A stretch of DNA of 64,000 bases, taken from the NCBI GenBank assembly GCA_030704615.1, contig CM060734.1:18290001-18354000 (forward strand). Reading direction: 5' to 3'. The notes beneath the pieces were generated by a model. That model saw nothing but the letters and a program-made list of their open reading frames with translations. It ran no database searches and was not told the origin of the DNA. Made by a program: the position numbers and the translations under genes. Positions 24,101 through 38,900 of the stretch are shown in pieces (position 1 is the stretch's first letter; the number at the start of each line of letters is the position of its first letter). The stretch comes from Takakia lepidozioides. Taxonomy: Eukaryota; Plantae; Bryophyta.

Positions 24101-26820
24101 AGTTTGGAGTGCAAAACAGGGAAGAAACTGTGGTTTTGGGTCCAAATGAATTTCGATCGCTCCCAAATTTGGCACGCACATTGCATATGGCTACATTACA
24201 CGCCCCATTCAAAAACGGAATGAAAAACAAATCGTGAGCACGCGAAACACGGTCCAACAGGTCCCAAAGCAATAGCAGCTCCAACAGAATACATTCAACG
24301 GGTGAACGGATGGTTGCCCATCCAAATCATTTTTGTTACCTTCCAAACTTTGCCAGCACGTTCCAGACACCCTCTCACAGGTCCCGGACTAATATCAGAT
24401 CAATCGAAAACTCATTCGATGGCTCAACGGATGGTTGGCCATCGAAATGATTTTGGTTCGCTTTGAGACTTGGCCACTATGTTCGATGTGCCATGTAAGA
24501 GGCCCCAGAGTAATATCAGATCAATCGAAATTCGTTCAATGGGCCAACGGATGGTTGCCCATCCAAATGATTTTCGTTCGCTTTCAAACCTTGGCCGGTG
24601 TGTTCAATGTACACCCTCTGATACGTCCCAGTGTAATACGAGATCAATCGAAATCGTTCCATTGTCCAATGAGGCGTTCACTCGTCTTAATCTGGTTTTT
24701 TGTTCAATGCGAAAAAGAAATCCGGCAATGCGTGCACGGCTATTGCACCCATTGAACGGTTGAGGTTGAAGCCCCTCTTTTGCCCGCACGTGCTCGAACA
24801 CGTGTGCGGAGACACAACAGACGAATAAATCATTTGCCTCCCCATCGACGCGCTCCCCCCTCAAGCCATTCCACATTTTTAATTGAATTTAAATTGATTT
24901 TAAGCCAATAAATAGGTTTGCACTGCCTTTCAGTGGGGGTTTCTGGCACGTATCGATTTTGTTCTGCGGCTTCCAGCATCCCACGGCTACTCCCCCGCCA
25001 AAATTTGGACCAATCAAAAATGCCCCCCCCAAAAAGGTGTTCTCTTTCGCTCACTATTGCAGAACTCTCTATGAAGAGTGCATGAAGTAGAACGCCAAAT
25101 CAAGTTTGGAGTGCAAAACAGGGAAGAAACTGTGGTTTTGGGTCCAAATGAATTTCGATCGCTCCCAAATTTGGCACGCACATTGCATATGGCTACATTA
25201 CATGCCCCATTCAAAAACGGAATGAAAAACAAATCGTGAGCACGCGAAACACAGTCCAACAGGTCCCAAAGCAATAGCAGCTCCAACAGAATACATTCAA
25301 CGGGTGAACGGATGGTTGCCCATCCAAATCATTTTTGTTACCTTCCAAACTTTGCCAGCACGTTCCAGACACCCTCTCACAGGTCCCGGACTAATATCAG
25401 ATCAATCGAAAACTCATTCGATGGCTCAACGGATGGTTGGCCATCGAAATGATTTTGGTTCGCTTTGAGACTTGGCCACTATGTTCGATGTGCCATGTAA
25501 GAGGCCCCAGAGTAATATCAGATCAATCGAAATTCGTTCAATGGGCCAACGGATGGTTGCCCATCCAAATGATTTTCGTTCGCTTTCAAACCTTGGCCGG
25601 TGTGTTCAATGTACACCCTCTGATACGTCCCAGTGTAATACGAGATCAATCGAAAATCGTTCCATTGTCCAATGAGGCGTTCACTCGTCATCTGGTTTTT
25701 GTTCAATGCGAAAAAGAAATCCGGCAATGCGTGCACGGCTATTGCACCCATTGAACGGTTGTGGTTGAAGCCCCTCTTTTGCCCGCACGTGCTCGAACAC
25801 GTGTGCGGAGACACAACAGACGAATAAATCATTTGCCTCCCCATCGACGCGCTCCCCCCTCAAGCCATTCCACATTTTTAATTGAATTTAAATTGATTTT
25901 AAGCCAATAAATAGGTTTGCACTGCCTTTCAGTGGGGGTTTCTGGCACGTATCGATTTTGTTCTGCGGCTTCCAGCATCCCACGGCTACTCCCCCGCCAA
26001 AATTTGGACCAATCAAAAATGGCCCCCCCAAAAAGGTGTTCTCTTTCGCTCACTATTGCAGAACTCTCTATGAAGAGTGCATGAAGTAGAACGCCAAATC
26101 AAGTTTGGAGTGCAAAACAGGGAAGAAACTGTGGTTTTGGGTCCAAATGAATTTCGATCGCTCCCAAATTTGGCACGCACATTGCATATGGCTACATTAC
26201 ACGCCCCATTCAAAAACGGAATGAAAAACAAATCGTGAGCACGCGAAACACGGTCCAACAGGTCCCAAAGCAATAGCAGCTCCAACAGAATACATTCAAC
26301 GGGTGAACGGATGGTTGCCCATCCAAATCATTTTTGTTACCTTCCAAACTTTGCCAGCACGTTCCAGACACCCTCTCACAGGTCCCGGACTAATATCAGA
26401 TCAATCGAAAACTCATTCGATGGCTCAACGGATGGTTGGCCATCGAAATGATTTTGGTTCGCTTTGAGACTTGGCCACTATGTTTGGTGTGCCATGTAAG
26501 AGGCCCTAGAGTAATATCAGATCAATCGAAATTCGTTCAATGGGCCAACGGATGGTTGCCCATCCAAATGATTTTCGTTCGCTTTCAAACCTTGGCCAGT
26601 GTGTTCAATGTACACCCTCTGATACGTCCCAGTGTAATACGAGATCAATCGAAAATCGTTCCATTGTCCAATGAGGCGTTCACTCGTCATCTGGTTTTTG
26701 TTCAATGCGAAAAAGAAATCCGGCAATGCGTGCACGACTATTGCACCCATTGAACGGTTGTGGTTGAAGCCCCTCTTTTGCCCGCACGTGCTCGAACACG
26801 TGTGCGACACATGTGCGGAG
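18143..26820. repeat. Satellite array, ~1.0-kb monomer, about 8.7 units, with internal ~120-bp subrepeats
   Basis: Near-identical spurious ORFs recur at 21402, 22423, 23434, 24435, 25437 and 26436 (period 999-1021). Confidence 0.95.
19128..21109 (-). repeat. Inverted block of about two satellite monomers
   Basis: Orientation switches at GAAGAAACTG|ACTTGATTTGG (19127/19128) and CACAGTTTC|TGGGTCC (21109/21110). Confidence 0.9.
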
Positions 26821-29800
26821 AAGAACCACCGAGTACACTGGTCCTAATCAGAGAGGGAAGATACTTATGTCTCTTCGAGACATGGACAAAGACGTGACAA
26901 GGTCATTGTAAAATTAACGACAAATCGGCCTCATTATCATCCATTCTTCATTCACAAGTCAGCTTTATGACAAATCCCAGACTTCAAAGTCTCTCTGGGT
27001 GGGGGGGGGGGGGGTGGGAAAAACTAGAGACTCGATTACCACTGTTCATAGCAGAAAACCATTGCTCAGCATGCTAAAAAGTGCCATTCATGACATGCCA
27101 TGTCATTCAGTCTGTATTTTTTGGTCAGCTCACATACCAAGGCATAACCAACCATCCTAATTTATCGTTGGCCCAAAAACTAGTATAGTTTTGGGTTCTT
27201 TGTATCATGGGACATACCAAAGTGACTGAGCAGTAAGTATCCGTGTCCAAATAAAGATCCATTGATCACCGTTCATGGCTGGAAATGTCTGTTTGTCTTA
27301 AAGAAGCCATTTATGATCATAGAAGGCTTAAGAACAAAATAAGAGCATTTCTTTACATAAAGAACATCACCAAAGCAGGGTTACGGACTGATATTTGGCA
27401 GCTTATACAACAGGGGGTAATCAGCTGCCCTATTTTGCACATCAAGTCACTTATTGACACCATGTTTTTTGCCCCCTGATCTGTTTTAGATCTGGGGCTG
27501 GTGTGTAATTTCAATGACAGGGTAGAGTAACATTCCCACCTCTTATTCCATGCCCCAAGACCAAGTTCTATGTCTGGGGTAGGGAAATCTTTACCATAAC
27601 AGGCTGTAATCAGATTTACATGCCATGCAATCATCCATAGGAAACACAAAGAATCTGAATTGCTCATCCCATCAGGCCTGCAGGTTACTTTGGTATTATT
27701 TATCCTAAAGCAACTTGAATACAATGCCTGAATCATTCTCTTCCCATCTACCAATGTCTTACCGTTTTGGAAAATAGGTAAACATTCAAGGGCATATAAC
27801 CAAGGACCAGATTTGGCCACAAAAGATCCATCCATATCAGTTTGGCATGGTATCAAGTGTCCTAGAGTAACCGGCTTCTAAAAGAGGCTAAGTTTCCAAT
27901 GCTTGTACATTCAAGAACACTGTCTGGTCATGAAAACAGGTCTGCCCTACATTGTAGCATGTTACCAGATAAATTCTTTAAAGCCATCAGCTTGTCATAT
28001 CATTGCTCCATTGTCACATCAGTATGCCATAGGGAACAAGAGATAGTCGCCCTAATGATTGTCATAAAGTAACAATCAGGAAATCTTATATCAAACTTTT
28101 AGTGTTTACCCACCCCTTGTTTTGGGTAAAACATGTGTACAAAACCAAAGGGGGCAGGTATTGGGACTTAGGTAATGAAGTCTGGCAGGGGTTTACCACC
28201 TGGTTATATTCAGACAAAACATCTACCAGCAGCATATCATAATTGGGTATTTTTTTATGGTGCTATAAAGAGCAAAGCCATAACCAGGAGAAACATAGAA
28301 ACATTTGAGCCAAAGAAATGGAACTCATTCTTATCGTAAGGTATCTAAATCTGACATAAGGCATCGGCTACAGGGGACCGGCAAACAAGAGTAATGTGCA
28401 TTGACCGGATCATGTATTAGGTGTACACGTCTACTCCAGCAAGCTGTCTTACCGAGGCCTAGCTCAAAATTTCAGCATTCATAAGCCCTATAGATGTTCT
28501 ATGCTTATCTCAGGTACCTTCAAGGATGCCTTACTCTCCATGCCCAATTAGCCAACATATTTTTGCTGGAGAAGATCTTACCTTATGAAGGACTTGCTTG
28601 CTCCACACCGTGGTCATGGCGGGAGAGGAGGCTGATATCTCATGGCTTTGGCCTTCCCATTGCCTTGGGTTCATCACTTCAATCAGGAACATATTTGATA
28701 ACCTTTTGTCATGCTCAGACCAAGGTGTTAGTAAATCAAACATAAAACTGAAAACAGAAGGGAGATTGGTTGATAATGTGTACAAGAACCACCAAGTACA
28801 CTGGTCTTAATCAGAGAGGGAAGTAGATTAAGGTGCCTGCCAGAGCACTTGACGTAGGGATCCCCTGCTCCCTCCAAAAGTAGCTGCAATACGTTCGAGT
28901 ACATTTACTGTTTTCACTCACAGGTTATGATGTAAGGCCTGCTGAAAGTCTTCTTAAAACGTAGGCTTCTTGAGGCTCACTAGAGATAACATCAAGCTTT
29001 GCAATTTGTGCACCTCGAGATTTGTTGATGGTACATCTATTCACATTGGCTCTGGTGGGAGCAGTACTGGCGCTGATAGGGGCAGACAGTTTCTCCTTTT
29101 GGGGAGTCTTGCATATGAGCGGGTATGGTTTTTGAGAGGGATGCCTCTGTTACTGCATATGGGGTCCAGACTAACTCAACCTCGAAGTCTGATCATGGAC
29201 TTTTATATATCAAAACCCCAATTTTGCATATCAAATACCCTTACAGGCAGCTGCAGAGCGAGAGATTGCACGTGTTATTTTGGGAGGTATCGTCACAGTC
29301 AAATTTGCTCTTGCCTGTGTTCAAGTGCTGGTATTGTGATTGTTTGGCTTCTCCCATGAAGTGGCATGGTTTGTCTCAGTCAAATGCATGTCTGCTATAG
29401 GTGCCAAAACAGCTTTGCTCTGTGGGGTTTGACATGATGTTCCCACCCTCTGGTTGGAACGGTAGTGTGAGTTTCCTCTTACTTTGCTCCTCTCTTAAAA
29501 GTCAGGGGAAAAGATGTTGCAGAGGAACAGAGTTGGACAGGAGTTTTTTCAATGAACATGAAGTTTGCAAGCCATATGTTTTGATTTAGTCGTTTAGTTT
29601 TTTTGTTGTGCAGATCCAAGCCTGGAATGGGATGTTGCTTTTACTGAGTTTTCGCATCTAGCCATAAGCACATCCTCAACAGTAGGAATTACCGGGCCTA
29701 CGTTCCTGCTGGCTGCAGCCATCTTTGGCTTTGTCATTCAAATAAGCAATCTGGTGGTTGAGAAGGAGCTTAGGCTGCGACATGTAGATGTCTTCGTACC

Positions 29801-30904
29801 ATTATCTACTCAATGACTCTTCTACAGGTTGCTGCTATCTCTGACAAGCAGGTCTGAATTTTCACATCATGTTGTTTTTAAACTTCTAGCCTGTTCCTTT
29901 GGCTTTCTTAGGCAGGGTGCTCATGGAGGGTGTTTCTCTCCTGACAACAGTACGTGTTGTCTTGCTGTCAGTCTCAACAAGGGAGCCATGGGAGTCTGAT
30001 CTGACATGTGAGGATTGGCTATGGCAGATGATGACGACCATGTGACTCGTTGATTCTGCGTATTGGCTGAAATGGCTCCTGTGGGAAGTTCTGTTGGTCC
30101 TGGTGTCATCCTATCTGCTTTGGCATGCTCTTGCAATTTTACTTCTTCCTTAACAACAACTTCGGCGTTCTTTTCTTCATGTTCTTTCTATTCCAGTTCA
30201 ACATAGTAAGACAGCTTCCGATCATATGTAGTACTTTGAGACTTTCAGCCACCTTTCATTGCAACCAAAGCAGAGTTTTGACCCTTAAGCCAGGGTGATT
30301 GCAGATTGGGTTTGGGTTCATGCTGTCCACTTTTGTGAGCAAAGCTTCATTTGCTATAACCATTGGGTTCTTCAACTTTATCATTGGCTTCCCACACAGG
30401 TCTGTTGAACACATCAAAATCAGTTTTTTGGCAAGTTCAGATCATCAATGTCTATTGCTATGAAGTTGAGTTATTCATCACTCCGAAATTTGCATGGCAT
30501 GCTTCAGGGGGCGGTTTTTGCAGTTGCACAGGTTCCTTGCCACCGCTTCCAATGAGGCTGCTCTCGGTGGTGGGCCCTGGGGTAGCCTACTGTCTCAATG
30601 ACAACAATGCACCCGTATGGCTGCTGAGCGATGTGCACTTCACCTCTTCCAACTCCCTCCGGGTACATATTGGATATTCACATTGGATATTCAATTGTGA
30701 AATGTGTGGGCTTTAAAACTGATAATTAGCTTTTAGCACACCTGGCCTTAGTTGAAGTACACACCTGGCCGCATTGACCCCAAAGCAAGATGTTCAAAGA
30801 TTTCTAGCCCATTAGGGTTTCATTAACGTCAGTTTCAGAAAAACAATTTCTGAAGTACATACGTGTAGGGCTCAAAGGGCTAAGGGATGGGTGCATAAAA
30901 TCTG

Positions 30905-31028
30905 TTCAACAACCATGACTACCTGCTCCTCCACTATATTGAGCTTTATCCGCTCTGCTAGCAAAAACACATTTGCTAAGGTGGGTTGGGCCACTTGTAG
31001 GAGAGTTGCATCCCAAACCCTTCTCCTC
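30905..31028 (-). mobile_element. Gag fragment of the same family as the DNMT-bearing Ty3/Gypsy element
   Basis: LRRRVWDATLLQVAQPTLANVFLLAERIKLNIVEEQVV versus LKRRVRDATLLQAAQPTLADVFLLAERIELNMVEERVV in ORF 55082-55924. Confidence 0.9.
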
Positions 31029-32075
31029 AGATTCTGTGAGCAATTCTCCAGAGGAAAACAGAGACCTTTGAGGATATGTCCTTCCTCCAAATGTCCTTCC
31101 AAATATGCCCCAATGCATCATTAAGAAGCCCAGTACGAGCCCACTTTTTATGCCATTTAACCGAGAAGGATTGGGGGGGGGGGGACAAGAGGGAGTAGCC
31201 AAGCTTTACAGAGTAAGCAAAGAAGAAAGAATGAGTCGGGTCCATCCTTTGCCACTGCCTTGGATCGAATTGCAGGCCAACCACGGGATGCGTGAGGAAC
31301 CAAGTTAGATTTGCTTGCCGGGCCCACTCCAGTTCTTTGCCTTGCAGGGCCGGGTTTGTGTTGCCCTTTCCATTAATGACTCTTATGTGAAAAATAGTGG
31401 ATTTGCTCTTATGAGTTACTCCGAAGACGCGTAGCTGGCCAAAGTGGTTTACTTGAAAGCCAATGCCTGAGACCGTTTCTTCCTGGCAATGAAGAACTAG
31501 AATGATCGCTGAGGAGTCCAGGGGCTCAGAGGCCATCCAGATAGGAGGAGTCTGTTGGGGGTGGTTACTCTGTAGCAGCGGGAGCATGAAAGCAGGAAAT
31601 TGTGATTTGATAGAGAGCCATGACTGAGAACGTCTTGGTCCCACAATAGAGGAGATGAGAGAAGCTCGCAAAAATTTACCCTGATCCCAAATGGAGCCCA
31701 CGTGGGTGAACCCAGCGTTCTCCTAAGCAGCCCATTTGGGCTTGAGAGACAATAAGGTCTCTGAGTCCATATTGTAGTTCCCAAAGAGGGGCTAACGAAT
31801 GCATTCCTCAAAGGAAGTAGGCATAGATTGGGTGAGGGATTTCCTAACAGAATACCAAGTTTTCCAGATGGAATTCCATGGCGGCCTTGAACCGGTAATC
31901 AAACCCTTCTCCAAACCCTGGACAATCCATCTCAGCGAGGGGGACCATAGCGGGAAAGAGGTGGGGGTGGCACCTAGTAAGTATGGCTGAATGAGTCTGC
32001 TCCAGGGGCTAGTGATATATCTCAACACCCTGGGGACCCATTTAGCTAAGAGTGCCTTCAATTGTGCTTTGGGAT
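31029..32075 (-). mobile_element. L1-type LINE ORF2 C-terminal fragment (zf-RVT region), degenerate
   Basis: ALLAKWV...WSRLI...WNSIWKTW...WKDIWRKDISSKVSVFLWRIAHR, broken by frameshifts. Confidence 0.75.
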
Positions 32076-32301
32076 GGGCTACTATCTAGTTAGCACACCC
32101 ATTAGTTGGTTGAACTTGTGTGCATTAACTGCAAATAGGGCCTAATTTTTAAACTAGGCTATATTGGGTTTCAGTTAATTGTGCACTAACTATTGCGTTA
32201 TCTAACTGTCCCCTCCCTAAAGGAACCAGTTTGTGCACATCAGCCATTCTTCACATCTCCCAAGGTTCTGATGCAGGACAGAGTCGCTGCCCCCCTCGTT
32301 C

Positions 32302-32473
32302 ACTCTCCTCTTCCATCTTATCTTAAAACTTGATGAAAGAATAAAATAGAATACAATCGCCCAAGGACTTCAAGAGAAGACCATGGTACTCTCCTCTTCC
32401 ATCTTATCTTAAAACTTGATGAAAGAATAAAATAGAATACAATCGCCCAAGGACTTCAAGAGAAGACCATGGT
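32302..32473 (+). repeat. Exact 86-bp tandem duplication downstream of SMXL
   Basis: ACTCTCCTCTTCC...GACCATGGT occurs at 32302-32387 and 32388-32473. Confidence 0.9.
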
Positions 32474-32950
32474 ACGTCCCCGCCTCCTCTTACTTATCAT
32501 AAATGTCCAAAAAGAGTGGTTTCACACCCCATTGTCCACTTGAGAGAGGACAGGGGTACCATACATGGTGATCATAGAATTGTAGTTCCTGGTCAAAACC
32601 GATGCTATATTACACTCTGCTATTGTGTTAGTGAATGTTTTTTACAGACAAAGTTCAGATGTCTATAGATAGTCACAGTCTGTTCTTACCCATTTTGTCT
32701 GCCCTGCAAATTGCTGCGCAGGTCTATGTAAACCACAGGTCAGGATGTGGGCAAAGGAGAGACTTGCTGGCTCAATGACTACTCTAAGCTGGGTTAGCAT
32801 CTGGTGAACCACCATCTGGAAAATTCCCCATCCTCCAGAATTCATGAAGGATTTTCATGGTCTGAAAAAAAGAGGAGTATCACACAAATACTGGATCCAA
32901 AACTTGCAGCCTTATTGAACGGGCTTAACCAAATTCTGATCATCGTCTTC

Positions 32951-35900
32951 TTACTCCATGTCTTTCCCAACTGAAACCAAAAGAGGCAGCCCGACCCGGG
33001 AATTGCCGTCCCTAACGCTGAAGCCCTTGCCTTTGACAGGTACCAGTTTAACCACAGAATCAGCAGCTACAGGGGACTCAGTAAGCAAGCTGGACATGCT
33101 CTTTCCCAGAACTTCCTCAACCCATGTATCAAATGCCTGTTTGCCACGAGGCATCTGCCAGATGGCTGCCAGAATGTGTTGCAACACAGTGACATCAATC
33201 TCCAGAAACACCCCCTGGACAGTCAAGTCGGTGCAAGCCCGGCCAAGTTGAGATAACACTGTGTCAGCAAGCCCACTGAAATTAAAAGGCTCAAAGACTA
33301 CTGTACCATCCACCAGACAGCATAAATTGTTTGACAGGATGCCCTGGGCACAGCATAGCACCCTATCTTTCATTGGCTCTCCCCTCTCAAATACAACTTC
33401 CTGAAAGCCATCTTTCCAACTGTCTTCACCTGCACTTTTCATTTTGACCTGCACATCTTCATTCTCCTCTGCAGAGAGATTCAAGTCCAGCACAAGGGCA
33501 TGTGCAGGAGGTGAGGCCACTTTACTGCGTTTCTCCTCCAAAACTGGGTAGAGTTTGCTTGGAATGGGTGAGTCAGCTTTCCTCTTGGTGGAAATAACCT
33601 GTTGTTGCTGGTTATTCGTTGAGGTCACCTCTTTCTGGTAGGAGACCTCATGTTCCACCACTAAAATTTTGGGGCCCCCAAGAAACAGCACTTTCTCAGT
33701 GCGAGTGCCCTCAACAAGAAATTGAATCTGTGTCCCCCCCAAGGTTGCTAACTTTGCTTCCGCAAAATGCATCCCTCTCTCTGTGGTGTTAAGGGCCAAA
33801 TCAGCCCCAACACTCGAAGTCATTACCACTATAGCATTATTGAAGCTCACCTCCCTGCCATTAGAATCAGCCAGCTTACCCCTCTCCATGGCCCGCACAA
33901 GATTTGCCCGCACAACATAATCAGCCTTATCTATATCCTCCAGCAGTACCACTGAAAAAGGCTTCAAACGCACCGCTTCTGCCAGTCTGTCCAATGGAGT
34001 CCGCCCTCTGTAACAAACCCCATTGTCGTCCATCTTTTGGTCTCCCTGGCCCCATCCCGTTGATACTGACCGGCCATCATGGGGCGGCAGTCCCATATAA
34101 ATGAGTTTTTCCTCACTTCCAAACACCAGCTCTGCAATAGCATTTGCAATGTGCCGTTTAGAGACTCGGTCAGGCCCCAAAAACAGCAACCAAGTGTCCG
34201 TCTTTGCACTCACACCCCTGAGTTTCCCCATGCCCAAACGGGATTTCATTACTGTGGAGGCGATTGCAGCAATTGCCTCCCCCTGCCAAGATACTCTCTC
34301 CAACAGTCCCTTATACAGACCCTTCAACCCATCTGCATCACGCTGGCTTAAAAAGTGAGTTGGGGCACCATCCCTGCTATGATCTGTCCCTGCTGTGGGC
34401 CTTAATGGCTTGGCCCTACTGGGGCCCTGAGTCCTCCAAGGATGCCCCTGCAAAGGTGAAGCACATCCTGCTGTGTCCTGCACTCGCTCCCTGTGAGCCT
34501 GCCACTGGGCAGCTGTTAGCTGCTGACATTCTTCAATAGCAGTGTTTGGAGAAGGACTTGCTGACACAGCAGGGGTGGAAAAGGGACCGCTGGTCAACCT
34601 ACCCAGGACCAAATCAGTCTGCACAGAAACTGGAAACCCATCATGTTCAGAGGTCTCTGTTGATTTGTCTTCTTGATCCCCTGAAATTGAGGCTACACTA
34701 CTCCCATCTTCCGGAGAGCTGCTGTCAATGACACAGTGGGTTCCTGACACTGGTGAGACACCACAGGATTCATTCTTTCTGGCCAGAGGACTAACTGAAG
34801 TCTGAGCCCAGCGAGGCAAACTTGATGACGAGGGTCTTGGTTGTCGAGGCAAACCCAGCCACAAGGGTCTTCCAGGCGATTCCATCCCTGGTCCTGCTAA
34901 AGAACAAAGCGCATGGAAGTCACTTCTCAAGTGGAGCTCATCCGACTGTTGCAATACACAAAGAGGGTATGACTTTGCCTTGGTCAACTCAGTTAGTAGA
35001 CACCTATATCAACGCTTGATGTTTGTCAACCTACCTCGTATCAATCCTATTGAATATAAAATTCTCACAGATCCTTGCCGGATAGTTCAGATAATAATAA
35101 AGTAAGATGGAACTGTACAGCCACAGACAAGATTCACCTCAAACCAGAGTTTTGGCAGGTGTCCTCCTTGACGGCCTATGAAGGCAGAGAATGAACCATA
35201 GGACGTTGTTTGTCGTAGCCTTGTGGCCATTGACCTCGCGCTCAGTTTGAGCGGAACACAAAGGGACAGAAACTACCTTTGTCAGGGGCTGACACTGGTA
35301 GTACGAGTTACCTTGGAACAGACAATTAATCCGAGTTTTCCAGATATCCTCTAGAAATCCCTTCACACAAGCATCAATCTGCTGTGTGTGGTTTGCCCAA
35401 TAACTAGGCCTCAAAAGGGCCTGGGCTTTTGGCTCAGCCTCATGACTTTCAAAGCTGGTAAACAGAGGTTCAGGCACAATTCCCTTGATGGATTTGAAGA
35501 GGGCGTCTCTCTCGCGAGAGTACCCAGGACAATGAATCAGAAAATGAATATTGTATTCAGGTTGCCCAGACAACGGGCAATTGCAATCCCTCTTTCCTCT
35601 CAGCATCTGTTTGCTGTTCCAAGGTAGGCTTCCCGCCCCGAGTAAATTTGTGCCGAGGGTGGGTAAACCCTTGAGGTCATCCATGATATCCTCTCCCATG
35701 TCACAGACTGGAAACAAGTTCAGGGAAGTTTATGAAGGCAGAGAGTGGGGAGGGCAGGCAAGTACGTAAAGGATGAAGCAATTTTAGTTCCCTCCCCACA
35801 AAGAATGGAGCCCTGATTTCATAAACTCCTTTGCCCACATGTGACTGTGCTCTTGCAACTGAAGGTCTACAAGAAAAGGCCAAGACATATTCACCATGGT

Positions 35901-38900
35901 ACTTCCCAGCTGTGCTGAAAGCATCTCCCATCCTCTGACCGACTGGCAAGGGCTCTAATGTCAACTTGGCAGAAGTTGTTGGGAGAGGACTGTCTAGATG
36001 TATGTGCATACTCCGACATGTATCGTGCCACTTTTGGTGAAGCTCTCGCAGCTTCTGAAAGATAGAGTGGTTTTTCACCTGTTCATCACATCCACACACC
36101 ACAGCCGTCACAAATATAAACGGCCTCCTGAGGAATGCCTTAAACTAACATGTAAACTACCGATACCACTGACTTGGAAAAAACATAGAACTAAAAAGCA
36201 CCCGACTGGGTACACTTGCCACTAAAACCACCAGAACAATACTATTTTCTTCTCCAGGGCACAACTTCCAATGCTAGAACAAGCACATCGTTATGAGTTT
36301 GGTATCAAATGAACTGAAAACCATACCTGCTCCCTTTTAGAATCCTGGTGATTCTGCAGCCACCTTGGCAATGATCTGTTCATTTTGTCAGGTACCTCAT
36401 CACCTTTACTGAGCATATCTACTGAGGAACGAGGGCAGGACTGGCCAGAAACCAAGTGTGACATCACCCTCTCCTCTTCATGGAGTAACTTACACTCCTC
36501 TTCAAACTTTGCTGAGCACTCTGCACAACATTGCAGATTTCCTACTCCATCATCTCCACGAGATGGCCTGACCAGCGGCATAGGGACCCGTCCTCCTGCA
36601 GCACTCAAGACTGACAACGCAGCACCACCATTCTTGCCTTGCTGAAGCCCATTTCCAAATCTGTAAAGCAAGCCATGTGGGTCACACACTTACGAGCCAA
36701 CTTCCGTCCAACAGACAGAAAGGATGTCTAGAGTGGCCACATGCCAAGCTACAATAATGGCATACACAGCACAAACGAGCAAATCATGCAGGGGCAATCT
36801 GGACGTAGGCCATCTGCTTGGGTAGATAAAATAGACTTGCCCTTAGCTTAGTGCATGCGACATTCACGATGAAGACCTCCATGGATGCCAGTCTGCAGCC
36901 TACCCAGACAGATTAAGGCTCCAAAAATGGAAGGAGGTCTCTACGTAGAGTTAAACCTACTCACATCATGGAATGTCTGTAGGCCATACTCATTAAACAC
37001 ATGCTCATTCAATGTGCAATATACACACCTCTAAGGGGCAATGTAGCGTAAGCCTTATGGGCTTTGCAGACTGGGGAAGTCATTCCTTGCCATGCACCAC
37101 AATAAATGACTTCCAAGTCAGAACATAAAGAATATCTGCATTAAAGCCCTGTGTGCAAGAGAGAATTTCTTCATTGCAACTAGAGGGGGAAGGTGGCTGA
37201 ACCTGCTTTGGAGCCCGAAGTTAGAAGTAGAAGCTACTGGCACGGGTTGCAGACCCCATTGAGCCTCCAAGGCTGGGTGGCGGACCTGACAACACATGTA
37301 TGTCTGACATGTGGCCACACCAACAAACCACAGCTTATCACCTCGATGGTGGACCAGCATGCGCTCAAGCTCCATCGCTGTGTGTTGTGCAGGGCAGTAG
37401 GTTGACAGCCCCTTCTGCTGCACTGCATCAACCAACCAGTGCAAATCCCCAACATGTAGAATTGCACCACCTGGCATGCATTCGCCGACTATCTTACTTA
37501 GCTCTGCCAGCTTCTGCTCCATTTCCTGCTTACTACAGAGCCCAAAAGATAAGGATGACAGCTGAGGAGTCAATATCTGCACACCCCTCAGGGTCTCGGC
37601 AACATCCCCCCTCTTGATCTGCATTACAAGGTCCTTAAACACCGCATTCACACTAGCTGTTGAGTCACCCACCAGAATGGGGTTCCTTTTCACTGGTCGA
37701 AGTAAGACCTCTAGAGCCTGCCGGATTCCATCCTCCCGAGCTACTTGGGTTGCCGATGGGGGATGCTCCACTGGAGCAGGGCTCCTGCCAAGTAAGGTGT
37801 GCAATCTGGTGTTGAAGGGTGAAGGTTCCGGCAAGACCTGTCCGTGATCCTTCAGTGAACTGGAAGGGGCACTCGTTTTGGCCAGAAAATAGGGGTGCTT
37901 TGCACTTGCCTTTGATTCGCTTTCATCCTGTGAGAGCGCGCTGCTAAGAAAGAGACCTGTAACATAGTATTCCAACCAAAATTAGTTGCCTGGAAAAGAC
38001 ACGACTCCAACAAACTGATGAATCAGCAGGAACTGATTCAACAGGAGGTGTAGAACCCTTTTGTGCTCCTCTGCAGTGTCTGCAAGAATTCAGTTCCCAA
38101 GCAAGATGGAGCAGAGGAAGTTGTATTTTACACATTTTGTTCAGACAATTTCATCCAGCCAACCTACGGGCGTAAAATTGCAACCCTTGGGGACAACTGG
38201 GCAGTATTTGAAGTGCTCACAAGCAGATTATCCTGACTGGACTCGCTTCCATCACACAACCTGATCACAACTTCCACAGTAGCAAGAAAGCAATAATTTG
38301 TAGCCTACACGCACAATACTTGTCACAAAGTAAGTACCTGCAGCACCCAATTTTAGGCTGAATTGATCAGCATTGTCCAAGGAACATGCCGGCGATTGTG
38401 GCGGCACCATTCCCACAGCGTCCTCCAGGTTGAACTTCACGTGGGTGCTTGAGAAACCAGCCTCCCGCATTACGCGGCTGACACTGGGATCATCCAGGAT
38501 TGAGATGATGAGCTGCTCAATCTCCACCTTAACAGCTAATAAGGGGGGTTGCTGCTGCTCAGGACATCCCCGGCGCTGATGAGCCTGGGCCCTCTTGAGG
38601 GCTGCAACCAGGGCATTCGACAGCACTGGCTGTGCTGAGGTGGCGGATGCCGATTGAGGAAGCCGCTCGAGGGCAACATTGAAGCAAAGCTCCAGCGCCC
38701 GACATTGAAGGGGGTGTGATGAGTGTGGATGTGACAGCATGCAGGCCTGGCGCAACGGGCTGCCACCATGCGCCAACAGCATTGAAGCCACGTGCAGGGG
38801 TTGGACCTGGGCATGGCCGCGACGCCGGGCTTCCGTGATCGCATGCTTCAGCACTGCTTGTGCTTGTGGGGTTAGAGAGTGCTGCACCGTGTTTGCCCCC

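Noticed and set aside
18393-26810. Many repeated 60-185 aa ORFs
   Set aside because: They are chance ORFs in satellite monomers on both strands, with frames broken by indels between copies.
27285-30720. Protein-coding gene
   Set aside because: Only short ORFs with frequent stops and no recognisable domain. Possibly a decayed pseudogene, but not supportable.
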